This document shows positions 46,522-55,551 of a stretch of 64,000 nt of DNA, in pieces. Each line of letters starts with the position of its first letter. Position 1 is the stretch's first letter. Below the pieces are notes generated by a model. The model searched no databases, had not been told where the DNA came from, and was given only the letters and a program-made list of their open reading frames with translations. Origin of the DNA: Candidatus Bathyarchaeota archaeon (GTDB lineage Archaea > Thermoproteota > Bathyarchaeia > Bathyarchaeales > Bathyarchaeaceae). The stretch is from positions 104,238-168,237 of the forward strand of contig JAUWDY010000001.1 of assembly GCA_030608565.1 (NCBI GenBank), in the 5' to 3' direction. Made by a program: the position numbers and the translations under genes.

Positions 46522-47727
46522 ATGCCAAAACTGGCGATAAGCAAGAAAGAGTATGAGAAAAGAATAGAAACTGTTAGAAAAGAGCTCGTGAAAAGAAAGT
46601 TAGATGCCCTGTATCTAACGAGTGGTATAAGCTTCTTTTACCTCACAGGATACTCGTACATCGCCACCGAAAGACCCGCAGCACTCATTATTCCTGTCGA
46701 AGGCGAGATAACCTTTATGGGGCCTCTCCTAGAAATTGATCACATCCCATTAAAAACCACCTTGATAGAAACCATCAAGACATATGCGGACTATCCAGGA
46801 CACAAACATCCAATAGACCATTTCGCAAGTTTCCTCAAAGAACTAGGATTAAGCGACAAAAAGATTGGCACAGATAACCCAGCTGGAGCCGCCGAAATCT
46901 GGGGTTACAAGGGTCCACCGATAACAGAAAAGCTGCCTAAAACCGAGTTTGTGAAGGCAAAAGACATAGTTGAAAACATGCGAATAATAAAATCGAAAGA
47001 AGAGATTGCGCTGATAAAAGAGAGCGCCAAATGGGGAAACCTAGCCCACACATTACTTCAAGAATATACGGAACCTGGCTTATGGGACGTCGACATTGCA
47101 TTGAGAGCCTCCTACGAAGCCTCGATGACCCTGAAGAAGACGTTAGAGCCAGAGTATGAGCCGTGTAGAAGAAGTGGAGCACCAGCAAGTGCAGGTTTTA
47201 GAGGTCAAGTCGGTGCGATGTCAGCTATCCCTCACGCAATCGGCACAAAGAAGAGAATTGAAGTTGGAGAGGTCATCGTGACAGGTGCCGGAGCAGAAAT
47301 CGGCGGATACAACAGTGAACTTGAGCGAACCATGATTGTTGGAGAACCAACTGAAAAACAGAAAAGGTATTTTGAGGTCATGTTGAAGGCTCAAGATGTG
47401 GCTTTAGCAGCTTTCAAGCCTGGAGCAAAATGTTGCGGCGTTGATAAAGCAGCCCTGAAAGTGATTCAGAAAGCAGGCTACGCTGGATTGATAAGGCATC
47501 ATACTGGTCATGGAATAGGCTTAGAAGGTCACGAGCCACCGTGGCTGGATGTAGGCGACGACACTATTATGAAGCCTAGCATGGTCTTCAGTTGCGAGCC
47601 GGGTATATACGAACCGGGGTTTGCGGGTTTTCGGCATTCAGATACTGTGGTGATAACAGAGAATGGAGTAGAGAGAATAACATATTATCCTAGAGACTTG
47701 GAATCATTGATCATCCGAAAGGAATAA
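46522..47727 (+). CDS. M24 family metallopeptidase (Xaa-Pro aminopeptidase/prolidase-like)
   Basis: N-terminal creatinase/prolidase-type domain. The C-terminal pita-bread motifs HHTGHGIGLEGHEPP and FSCEPGIY are present. The ATG at 46522 lies 6 nt inside the GTG ORF start. Confidence 0.8.
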   Translation: MPKLAISKKEYEKRIETVRKELVKRKLDALYLTSGISFFYLTGYSYIATERPAALIIPVEGEITFMGPLLEIDHIPLKTTLIETIKTYADYPGHKHPIDHFASFLKELGLSDKKIGTDNPAGAAEIWGYKGPPITEKLPKTEFVKAKDIVENMRIIKSKEEIALIKESAKWGNLAHTLLQEYTEPGLWDVDIALRASYEASMTLKKTLEPEYEPCRRSGAPASAGFRGQVGAMSAIPHAIGTKKRIEVGEVIVTGAGAEIGGYNSELERTMIVGEPTEKQKRYFEVMLKAQDVALAAFKPGAKCCGVDKAALKVIQKAGYAGLIRHHTGHGIGLEGHEPPWLDVGDDTIMKPSMVFSCEPGIYEPGFAGFRHSDTVVITENGVERITYYPRDLESLIIRKE

Positions 47728-47737
47728 CGCTTCTCTA

Positions 47738-48247
47738 TCAACTAACATAATTGATAATTTTTTTCAAGGCCTTGATAATAGCCAGCTTTATTTCCGTTGC
47801 ACACGTTTGGTAAGTTCCAATTCCTCCGCCATAAGGATCTTTAATATCCAAGTCGTTGATTTCCCCTGCAAACTCCTTCAGCGTGAAAACCTTGTGTCTA
47901 GATTGCAGATGCTCTGAGACAATCCTGTCTTTGTAGCTTTTTTTCATAGTTAAGATCAAATCCGCTTTTTCGACTAATTCCTGTGTCAGTTGCCTTGACG
48001 TGAAAGATGAGATGTCGATACCTTCTCCGCTCATAACTTTTATGGCCTCACTTGTTGGAGGCCCCCCATAGGCGTTCGTTCCCGCCGAGAGAACTTCAAT
48101 CTTTACGGGTTCATTAAAATCTTCCAACATTTTCTTCAGAAAACCCTCAGCCATCGGGCTTCTACAGATGTTTCCATAGCACACGAAAAGGACCAACTTA
48201 CTAACCATAAACCTTCCACTTTCCATTGCAGTCTCAGTATTCTTCAT
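47738..48247 (-). CDS. low-molecular-weight protein-tyrosine phosphatase / ArsC-like
   Basis: The CX5R(S) P-loop appears as VCYGNICRSPMAEG. The start may be an internal Met. Confidence 0.8.
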   Translation of the reverse strand: MKNTETAMESGRFMVSKLVLFVCYGNICRSPMAEGFLKKMLEDFNEPVKIEVLSAGTNAYGGPPTSEAIKVMSGEGIDISSFTSRQLTQELVEKADLILTMKKSYKDRIVSEHLQSRHKVFTLKEFAGEINDLDIKDPYGGGIGTYQTCATEIKLAIIKALKKIINYVS

Positions 48248-48354
48248 GCTACCTAAAGAATTCTTTTATCCATCGAATCTTGAAATAAGGAAAGTTTAAA
48301 TAAAATATGATTCACTTCAGTGGTTAGCTTGAAGAGAGATATGGACGGTTTAGG

Positions 48355-48816
48355 ATGCCCAAAGAATTCCAGCACATCGTTCGGATTGTCAACACCGACC
48401 TATACGGCACCCAAAAAATAGTCTATGCCCTAACGAATATAAAGGGAATAGGAATCAAATTAGCCAACGTGATTGTGAAAAAAGCCAACATCGATCCGAA
48501 AACTCGCGTAGGCTTTCTCTCCGAAACTGAAGTTGAGAAAATTAAGGGCATACTAAAGGACCTAAAGAAACACGGCGTGCCCAGTTGGCTTCTTAACCGC
48601 ACCAAGGACCGCCAAACTGGAAAACACCTTCACCTTATTGGATCTGACCTCATTCTCCAAACAAAAACAGACATTGACCAAATGAAAAATATCAAATCAT
48701 GGAGAGGATTCCGTCACGCTTACGGGTTGAAGGTACGGGGGCAACGAACAAGAACGACAGGCAGAACAGGAAAGGCTATTGGCGTGAAATTTAAGAAAAC
48801 AAGGACGCGGCAATAA
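48355..48816 (+). CDS. rps13p: 30S ribosomal protein S13 (uS13)
   Basis: 153 aa. IVRIVNTDLYG...ALTNIKGIG. Confidence 0.9.
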   Translation: MPKEFQHIVRIVNTDLYGTQKIVYALTNIKGIGIKLANVIVKKANIDPKTRVGFLSETEVEKIKGILKDLKKHGVPSWLLNRTKDRQTGKHLHLIGSDLILQTKTDIDQMKNIKSWRGFRHAYGLKVRGQRTRTTGRTGKAIGVKFKKTRTRQ

Positions 48817-48818
48817 TC

Positions 48819-49382
48819 ATGGGCGATCCTAAAAAGCAACGAAAAAAATATGAAACGCCAAAGTTTCCTTGGCGAATCGATATTCTAGAAACGGAACTAA
48901 AACTGGTTGGTCAATACGGACTGAGAAACAAAAGAGAACTCTGGCGCCACAAAACCATGGTCTCAAAGTTTCGAGGAATCGCTCGGTCGCTTCTAGGCAT
49001 GTCTGCTGAGGAACGAAGAAAACTGGAAAAACAACTTATCGATAGACTTCGCCGCCTTGGTGTTCTACCTAAAGCAGCTGCTTTAGATGATGTTTTAGAC
49101 TTAACTATAGAAGACATCCTTGAACGTCGACTTCAAACCCTCGTATTTAGAAAAGGCCTAGCTAAGTCTCTGTATCAAGCTCGTCAACTCATTTCACACA
49201 GGCATGTTGCCATCGAAGGTAAACGGGTTTCATCTCCGAGCTATCTGGTCTTAAGTGATGAGGAGCCAAGAATAGGTTACGCTCCAACGAGTCCTCTAAC
49301 AAATCCTAATCATTCAATAAGAGAATCCGTTAAAGCTACAGTTGAGACGAAACCAACGGTAAAACCAAAAACTAGAGGTTAG
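48819..49382 (+). CDS. rps4p: 30S ribosomal protein S4 (uS4)
   Basis: 187 aa. [17 protein letters not shown]. Confidence 0.9.
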   Translation: MGDPKKQRKKYETPKFPWRIDILETELKLVGQYGLRNKRELWRHKTMVSKFRGIARSLLGMSAEERRKLEKQLIDRLRRLGVLPKAAALDDVLDLTIEDILERRLQTLVFRKGLAKSLYQARQLISHRHVAIEGKRVSSPSYLVLSDEEPRIGYAPTSPLTNPNHSIRESVKATVETKPTVKPKTRG

Positions 49383-49387
49383 AAACA

Positions 49388-49783
49388 GTGAGCAAAAAAG
49401 TTGAAAGATGGGCAGTCGTCCACATTTACAGCTCCTACAATAACACGATTATACACATCACCGACATATCTGGCGCCGAAACCATCGCCAGAGCCTCAGG
49501 AGGCATGTTTGTTAAGGCAGCCCGGTTACAATCATCACCCCACGCTGCCATGCAAGCCGCAGCTCACGTTGCAAGTACTGCTCGGGATAGGGGAATAAAC
49601 GCCATACACATCAAAGTTCGAGCCCCAGGCGGATCAAGTGCTAGGACGCCGGGTTCTGGAGCACAAGCCGCCATACGAGCTTTGGCTCGAACTGGATTCC
49701 GCATAGGTCGCATTGAAGAAGTAACGCCGGTTCCACATGATGGAACGCGAAGAAAGGGCGGGCGCAGAGGACGCAGAATCTAA
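49388..49783 (+). CDS. rps11p: 30S ribosomal protein S11 (uS11)
   Basis: 131 aa (GTG start). [19 protein letters not shown]. Confidence 0.9.
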   Translation: MSKKVERWAVVHIYSSYNNTIIHITDISGAETIARASGGMFVKAARLQSSPHAAMQAAAHVASTARDRGINAIHIKVRAPGGSSARTPGSGAQAAIRALARTGFRIGRIEEVTPVPHDGTRRKGGRRGRRI

Positions 49784-49996
49784 CTTTCCGTTAGCTGAAA
49801 ATGCCATTTAGTTCTAGTTTTTCAAACGAGAAACATTGAAAATGAGTTAGTATGCACAGGGATGGTTCTAGAAGGTTATTATTGCGTTGCTGGTGGAGGT
49901 TTGTGGTTTTGATGCTGCAATACTCGAAACATTTTGCTTAAACGAAAAGTTTCCTTAATGTTAATATGAATGCCTCTTCTTCCTAAATATCACCAT

Positions 49997-50035
49997 AACA
50001 TTGAAATAATGGCTTCGTCTCCTTATGAAAAACAC
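49997..50035 (+). promoter_or_regulatory. conserved ~40-nt element upstream of rpoD (copy 1)
   Basis: AACATTGAAATAATGGCTTCGTCTCCTTATGAAAAACAC starts 78 nt before the rpoD ATG and is near-identical to 52048-52087. Confidence 0.6.
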
Positions 50036-50074
50036 GTGAGTTCATAAGCATCTGCCAAAGGGCGTTTAATCATA

Positions 50075-50731
50075 ATGAAGATTCAGATAATTAAAAAAAC
50101 TGATTTCACCATGCGGTTAACTATCCGAGGAATTGAGACGTCCTTTGCGAATACTTTGCGCCGAATTATGCTCTCTGAGGTCCCCACTATGGCTATCGAG
50201 GATGCAGTTATCATTGAAAACTCATCCGTACTTCCCGACGAAATTCTCGCCAATAGACTGGGATTCATCCCCCTTAAAACAGATTTAGATTCCTATAACC
50301 TCCCCGAGGAGTGCCCATGTAAAAGCGAGTTTGGATGCAATCTATGTCGTGTAGCTCTGACACTGGAAGCTGAAGCCACCGATGAAGTAACAGCCGTATA
50401 CTCGGGAGACCTACAGTCCGAGAACCCGGATATAGCACCCGTTAGCGACAAGATTCTCCTCGTAAAGTTGGCGCCCGACCAGAAAATAAAATTGGAGGCA
50501 TATGCTCGACTGGGGAAGGGGAAGGTCCACGCGAAGTGGCAACCAGTTTCCACATGTGCCTACGAGTTTGTGCCTGAAACCGAAACCAACAACGAACGCG
50601 GTGATGCATTTATTTTTAACATAGAATCAACAGGCGCGCTTCCGGTTGAAAGAATAGTGCTTGAAGCCGTTCATATACTTGACAGACGATTTAAAGACTT
50701 CTCTAAACAATTAAAGGAGATAAAAAAATGA
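50075..50731 (+). CDS. rpoD: DNA-directed RNA polymerase subunit D (Rpo3)
   Basis: 218 aa. FANTLRRIMLSEVPTMAI and a Cys cluster CPC...C..C. Confidence 0.85.
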   Translation: MKIQIIKKTDFTMRLTIRGIETSFANTLRRIMLSEVPTMAIEDAVIIENSSVLPDEILANRLGFIPLKTDLDSYNLPEECPCKSEFGCNLCRVALTLEAEATDEVTAVYSGDLQSENPDIAPVSDKILLVKLAPDQKIKLEAYARLGKGKVHAKWQPVSTCAYEFVPETETNNERGDAFIFNIESTGALPVERIVLEAVHILDRRFKDFSKQLKEIKK

Positions 50732-51090
50732 AGCATGTTAGAACTACCAATCCAGAGCTAATTAACCTCGTTCGATCGTTAAAAAAGCAGTCTCGAGAAA
50801 GCGAGGCAAGAATATGGCGTGATATAGCGGATTTTTTGTCTCGTTCACGACGAAGGCGCATAGCCGTAAATGTAAGTCGATTAAATCGGTACACTAAGAA
50901 GGGAGAAACGGTGGCGGTTCCAGGCAAGGTATTGGCCGCGGGAAAAATTGATCATCCAATCAAAGTAGCAGCTTTCACCTTTTCTCAACCAGCAGAAATA
51001 AAAATTTTAAAGGCCAAAGGAAAATGTTTATCACTCTCTGAGCTGATGAAGAAAAACCCGAAAGGCACAGATGTGAAAATCATTGGGTAA
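50728..51090 (+). CDS. rpl18e: 50S ribosomal protein L18e
   Basis: 120 aa. TNPELINLVRSLKK....IWRDIA. Confidence 0.85.
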   Translation: MKHVRTTNPELINLVRSLKKQSRESEARIWRDIADFLSRSRRRRIAVNVSRLNRYTKKGETVAVPGKVLAAGKIDHPIKVAAFTFSQPAEIKILKAKGKCLSLSELMKKNPKGTDVKIIG

Positions 51091-51535
51091 ACCAACGACT
51101 ACTGAACGTGTTGCAGTAATTGACGCAACTGGACTGATTCTCGGTCGAATGGCCAGTCACATAGCTAAACGTCTCCTCCAAGGCGAAAAAATAATCGTCG
51201 TAAACGCAGAAGAGGCGGCCATATCTGGCAAAAGACTGAGTATAGTTAAAGAGGCGAAAAGATTCTTGGAAATTGGCCACCCAAGAAAAGGCCCTTTACA
51301 TCGGAGGCGGCCAGATCGAATCGTCCGAAGAACCGTACGCGGCATGCTTCCACGAAAGAAACCAAAGGGAAAACAAGCATACAAACGATTGAAGGTTTTT
51401 CTTGAAGTCCCTGAAGAGTTTAAAGGCAAGGAAATGCAGACGATTCCTAACGCTAATGCGGAGAAGTTACGATGTCCTTATATAACTGTTGGAAAACTGG
51501 CAAAAGAAATCGGGTGGACTCCAATAGGTGAATAA
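51083..51535 (+). CDS. rpl13p: 50S ribosomal protein L13 (uL13)
   Basis: 150 aa (TTG start). [21 protein letters not shown]. Confidence 0.9.
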   Translation: MGKPTTTERVAVIDATGLILGRMASHIAKRLLQGEKIIVVNAEEAAISGKRLSIVKEAKRFLEIGHPRKGPLHRRRPDRIVRRTVRGMLPRKKPKGKQAYKRLKVFLEVPEEFKGKEMQTIPNANAEKLRCPYITVGKLAKEIGWTPIGE

Positions 51536-51537
51536 AA

Positions 51538-51951
51538 ATGCCAAGCCCTAAAAGAATATTATTAACCAGCGGAAAACGAAAAACTGCTATTGCCCGAGCA
51601 ACCGTCAGAGCTGGAAAAGGTAGAATTCGCATAAACAATGTTCCTATCGAAATTTTTGAACCTAGAATCGCCCGTGATAAAATTTCGGAGCCTCTTCTGC
51701 AGACTGGTGAAGAAATATGGAAACAACTTGACATAAACGTTAAAGTGTCTGGCGGAGGTTTCATGGGGCAAGCCGAGGCTACGCGGACAGCCATCGCGAG
51801 GGCTCTGTTGAAATGGACAAAGAGTGCTCGCCTCAAAACCGTTTTTACCGATTATGACCGTGCTATGATCGCTGGCGATCCGAGGCGAAAAGAACCTAAA
51901 AAGTTTGGTGGTCCTGGCGCAAGAGCTAGAGATCAGAAGAGCTACAGATAG
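51538..51951 (+). CDS. rps9p: 30S ribosomal protein S9 (uS9)
   Basis: 137 aa. [12 protein letters not shown]...[14 protein letters not shown]. Confidence 0.9.
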   Translation: MPSPKRILLTSGKRKTAIARATVRAGKGRIRINNVPIEIFEPRIARDKISEPLLQTGEEIWKQLDINVKVSGGGFMGQAEATRTAIARALLKWTKSARLKTVFTDYDRAMIAGDPRRKEPKKFGGPGARARDQKSYR

Positions 51952-52047
51952 GGTTGTGGAATTTAGGCTTGTCACAGTATTTGTATGCGTGTATAGTCGG
52001 TCCATAGAGAGGAAGACTGGTGGAGAGACTAGTGAACCGTTGACGGA

Positions 52048-52087
52048 AACATTGAAATAATGCCTTTCTCCCCCTTATGAAAAGCAC
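52048..52087 (+). promoter_or_regulatory. conserved ~40-nt element upstream of rpoN (copy 2)
   Basis: AACATTGAAATAATGCCTTTCTCCCCCTTATGAAAAGCAC starts 75 nt before the rpoN N-terminal codons. Confidence 0.6.
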
Positions 52088-52122
52088 ACAAACTAAGAAA
52101 ACATCTCAATAGGAGGCACTCG

Positions 52123-52353
52123 ATAATTATCATACCAGTACGCTGTTTCACGTGCGGCAAGGTAGTCGGCGACAAGTGGGAAGAGTTTGCCAGAAGGGTA
52201 AAGGCTGGAGAAGACACAGGAAAAGTCTTAGACAGCTTGGGAATGACACGATATTGTTGCCGCCGTATGCTTCTGTCCCACATAGACATCATCGACGAAG
52301 TTCTGAAATTCTACGTAGAAGCTGGAAGAAGAAAACGAGCTAAACAACTCTAA
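52123..52353 (+). CDS. rpoN: DNA-directed RNA polymerase subunit N (Rpo10), no canonical start codon
   Basis: Hand translation: (I)[75 protein letters not shown]. An in-frame TGA lies at 52078. No ATG/GTG/TTG occurs before the conserved [16 protein letters not shown] at 52111-52116 is followed by ATA ATT ATC ATA. Confidence 0.8.
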   Translation: MIIIPVRCFTCGKVVGDKWEEFARRVKAGEDTGKVLDSLGMTRYCCRRMLLSHIDIIDEVLKFYVEAGRRKRAKQL

Positions 52354-52366
52354 CGAGGCAGACGAA

Positions 52367-53617
52367 GTGTCAACAGTCATCGAAAACGTCACTGCTCGAA
52401 AAGTCTTCAACAGTCGAGGAGAAAAAACGCTGGAAATTGACATATCAACCATCGCGGGGTTTGGAAGAGCTTCCGCCCCAGCTGGCGCCAGCAGAGGCAA
52501 GGCTGAGGTCATTTCATACCCTAAAGGCGAAGTAGACCAAGCAATAAAAAAGGTTGAAGAACTCGTTGCCCCAGAGCTAATCGGCAGAAATGCAGATGAA
52601 CAAGAGGAAATCGACCTTCTTCTCCACGAACTCGATGGAACCGAAGACTTTAGAAATTTGGGAGGAAACATGGCTTACGCCGTTTCTTTAGCCACAGCGG
52701 AGGCTGCAGCCACATCCTACGGTATGCCATTATTTCAACACCTTGCAGGCTATTTTGCAAACGAACTTCCTTACCCGCTTGGAAATGTTTTGGGCGGCGG
52801 AAAACACGCGGGAGGAAAAACACCAGACATACAAGAGTTTCTGGTTCTCCCCGTCAAGGCAGAAATTTTTTCAGATGCGGCCAAAGCCAATATTCTAGTT
52901 CATCAAAGGGTTGGTTCACTTCTCAGAAAAAAGGATGCATCCTTCACTGGAGGAAGGGGCGATGAAGGGGCATGGGCGCCTAACATAAAAAATGAAGAAG
53001 CTTTAGAAATCGTGGCGAAGGCATGTGAAGAGGTTTCAGAGGAGTCAGGCGTAGAATGCAGGGTTGGCTTGGACATAGCTGCCTCCACCTTGTGGAAACC
53101 AAAAGAAGAACGTTACGTGTACAGCCGAGAAGGAACTAAAAGAAATTCCGGAGAACAACTGGACTTTGTGTCAAGTCTTGTCAAAAACCACAACCTCGCT
53201 TACGTTGAAGACCCTTTCCATGAAGAAGATTTTGAAAGTTTTTCGAAGCTTACTAAGAGAGTTAAAAAGTGTCTTGTTTGTGGTGACGACCTGTTTGCAA
53301 CGAGCAAAAAGAGACTGGCTCGTGGAATGAAAGTTGGTGCCGGAAACGCCGTTATTGTTAAAACGAATCAGGTTGGAACCCTTACGGATGCTTGGGAGAC
53401 CACTAAACTGGCAAAAAAAGCTTCTTACGCTCCGATCATGTCTCATCGATCTGGAGAAACAACTGATACTCACTTAGCCCACTTGTCCGTGGCCTTTCAC
53501 TGCCCCATCATAAAAACTGGCGTATTGGGAGGGACAAGAGTGGCGAAAATTAATGAACTCATCCGGATAGAAGAGATGCTTGGTAACAGGGCTGAAATGT
53601 CTGCTCTTTTATTGTGA
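52367..53617 (+). CDS. eno: enolase
   Basis: 416 aa (GTG start). ARKVFNSRGEKTLEIDI, SHRSGET and a canonical arrangement. Confidence 0.9.
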   Translation: MSTVIENVTARKVFNSRGEKTLEIDISTIAGFGRASAPAGASRGKAEVISYPKGEVDQAIKKVEELVAPELIGRNADEQEEIDLLLHELDGTEDFRNLGGNMAYAVSLATAEAAATSYGMPLFQHLAGYFANELPYPLGNVLGGGKHAGGKTPDIQEFLVLPVKAEIFSDAAKANILVHQRVGSLLRKKDASFTGGRGDEGAWAPNIKNEEALEIVAKACEEVSEESGVECRVGLDIAASTLWKPKEERYVYSREGTKRNSGEQLDFVSSLVKNHNLAYVEDPFHEEDFESFSKLTKRVKKCLVCGDDLFATSKKRLARGMKVGAGNAVIVKTNQVGTLTDAWETTKLAKKASYAPIMSHRSGETTDTHLAHLSVAFHCPIIKTGVLGGTRVAKINELIRIEEMLGNRAEMSALLL

Positions 53618-53626
53618 TGAAAAAAC

Positions 53627-54277
53627 ATGTCAGAAGAAGAGAAGAAAGAAGAAGTTGAAGCTCCCAGTGAGGAGGAACTTTTGCTACCTCAGGACACCAT
53701 GCTATCAGCAGGAATTCACATAGGTACAAAGACAAAAGCAAGAGACATGGAACAGTTCATCTACCGCGTTAGACCTGACGGGTTGTTTGTTTTAGACATT
53801 AAAAAAACTGATGAACGTATAAGAGTTGCCGCTAAATTCCTTGCTCGGTTTGATCCATCCAAGATTGCGGTGGTGGCGGCGAGATTGTACGGGCGTGCTC
53901 CTGTGAATAAATTTTGCGAAGTAATCGGCGCGACTCCAATTGTAGGACGTTTTATTCCTGGAATGCTTTCAAATCCACTCTATTCAGATCATATCGAACC
54001 CGACGTGATAATTGTGTCTGATTCTAAAGCTGACGCTCAAGCCGTAATAGAAGCCTCAAGCCTAGGCATCCCCGTAATAGCGCTTTGTAGCACCGACAAC
54101 GATTTTCGCGACATAGACCTAAGTATACCAACCAACAACAAAGGTAGAAGAGCTTTAGCAATAGTTTACTGGCTTCTTACCAGACAAATCCTACGGGAAA
54201 AGGGCGAGATACCCCCAGATGGAAACATTGAACCATCAATCGACGACTTTGAAGTGAAAATGACGAGAGAGGAATAG
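53627..54277 (+). CDS. rps2p: 30S ribosomal protein S2 (uS2)
   Basis: 216 aa. LLSAGIHIGTKTK and the operon position after eno. Confidence 0.9.
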   Translation: MSEEEKKEEVEAPSEEELLLPQDTMLSAGIHIGTKTKARDMEQFIYRVRPDGLFVLDIKKTDERIRVAAKFLARFDPSKIAVVAARLYGRAPVNKFCEVIGATPIVGRFIPGMLSNPLYSDHIEPDVIIVSDSKADAQAVIEASSLGIPVIALCSTDNDFRDIDLSIPTNNKGRRALAIVYWLLTRQILREKGEIPPDGNIEPSIDDFEVKMTREE

Positions 54278-54290
54278 CGAGAGGAGAAGG

Positions 54291-55139
54291 TTGAAGATTA
54301 GACATCCTTCTCAAGCTGGAGCGTTTTACGCAGGCACTGCACAATCACTGAAAGCGCAGATTGAAGGATGTTTTACACATAAATTTGGACCAGGCAAACT
54401 CCCCACGGTGGCGGAGGATGGTCTCCGAAATGTTGTTGGACTCATCTGTCCTCATGCAGGATACATGTATTCTGGACCAGTAGCCGCACATGCGTATTAC
54501 AATCTTGCAGCGGACGGAAAACCTGATGTTGTCGTTATTTTTGGTCCCAACCATACTGGGCGTGGAAGCGCTTTGGCGCTCATGAGTGAGGGAGTTTGGC
54601 GGACTCCTCTGGGAGACGTAAAGATTGACACCTTGACCGCCAAGCAGATCGTAGATGAATCTCGCATCGTTGACATTGATGATTCAGCTCACACTTTTGA
54701 GCATTCCATCGAAGTTCAGCTTCCTTTTCTTCAATACTTGTACGGCTCAGCCTTCAAGTTTGTGCCCATCTGCTTTCTTATGCAAGATTTGGAATCCAGC
54801 CGAGAAGTGGGGCGGGCTGTTGCGAAGGCCTTGTCGGGAAAGAACGGTTTGATAATTGCCTCTACAGATATGACTCATTATGAGCCGCATGAACAGGCTC
54901 AACGAAAAGATAAGATGGCCATCGACGCTGTCGCGAAAATGGACGAGGAACTGTATTATTCCACCGTGGAGAGCCAGAACATATCTACGTGTGGTTACGG
55001 TCCAACGGTTGCTGTGATTACTGCGGCGAAGTTGTTGGGTGCAAAAAGGGCACAGTTGTTGTGTTACAAAACGAGTGGCGATGTGATCAGTGACTTTTCC
55101 TCGGTGGTAGGTTATGCTTCGATGTCATTCACAAAGTAG
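54291..55139 (+). CDS. MEMO1 / AmmeMemoRadiSam system protein B family
   Basis: 282 aa (TTG start). RHPSQAGAFY and ICPHAGYMYSGPVAAHAY. Confidence 0.8.
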   Translation: MKIRHPSQAGAFYAGTAQSLKAQIEGCFTHKFGPGKLPTVAEDGLRNVVGLICPHAGYMYSGPVAAHAYYNLAADGKPDVVVIFGPNHTGRGSALALMSEGVWRTPLGDVKIDTLTAKQIVDESRIVDIDDSAHTFEHSIEVQLPFLQYLYGSAFKFVPICFLMQDLESSREVGRAVAKALSGKNGLIIASTDMTHYEPHEQAQRKDKMAIDAVAKMDEELYYSTVESQNISTCGYGPTVAVITAAKLLGAKRAQLLCYKTSGDVISDFSSVVGYASMSFTK

Positions 55140-55149
55140 CTAGAACAGG

Positions 55150-55551
55150 TTATCGAGGAATCCTTCCCTTCTCTATTCTAACCGCATCATTTTCTAATCG
55201 AACAATGTCTCCTGTCTCTATTTTCGAAATATCAATCTTGTCAATGCAAGGTATTTCCGAGATTATTGCTCCTACAGCAACCACGGTTTCACATTCTTTG
55301 TTTATGATCCCAGCAGGAGCCGTATCATTCTTCTTCATCCTGTAAAGAGTGTAGGATCCAACGGTTGACCCTTTACCATTCGGGAAAACCAGTATTTTGT
55401 CCTTCACCTTCTTTCCTTTCAGTTCGTGCCCTTTTTCTATGATCACGCCGGTGTCGGGGTCCACTCCACCGTAAAAGGAGATTGGTTGCGAAGTGGTTAG
55501 GGCTTCGCCTTCTGCAACTCCCTTTGAGATGATTCTTCCTTTCAGCTCCAT
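55150..55551 (-). CDS. aconitase X swivel-domain protein (DUF126), putative phosphomevalonate dehydratase small subunit
   Basis: MELKGRIISKGVAEGEALTTSQPISFYGGVDPDTG...LVFPNGKGSTVGS. The start at 55551 is preferred over 55578. Confidence 0.8.
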   Translation of the reverse strand: MELKGRIISKGVAEGEALTTSQPISFYGGVDPDTGVIIEKGHELKGKKVKDKILVFPNGKGSTVGSYTLYRMKKNDTAPAGIINKECETVVAVGAIISEIPCIDKIDISKIETGDIVRLENDAVRIEKGRIPR

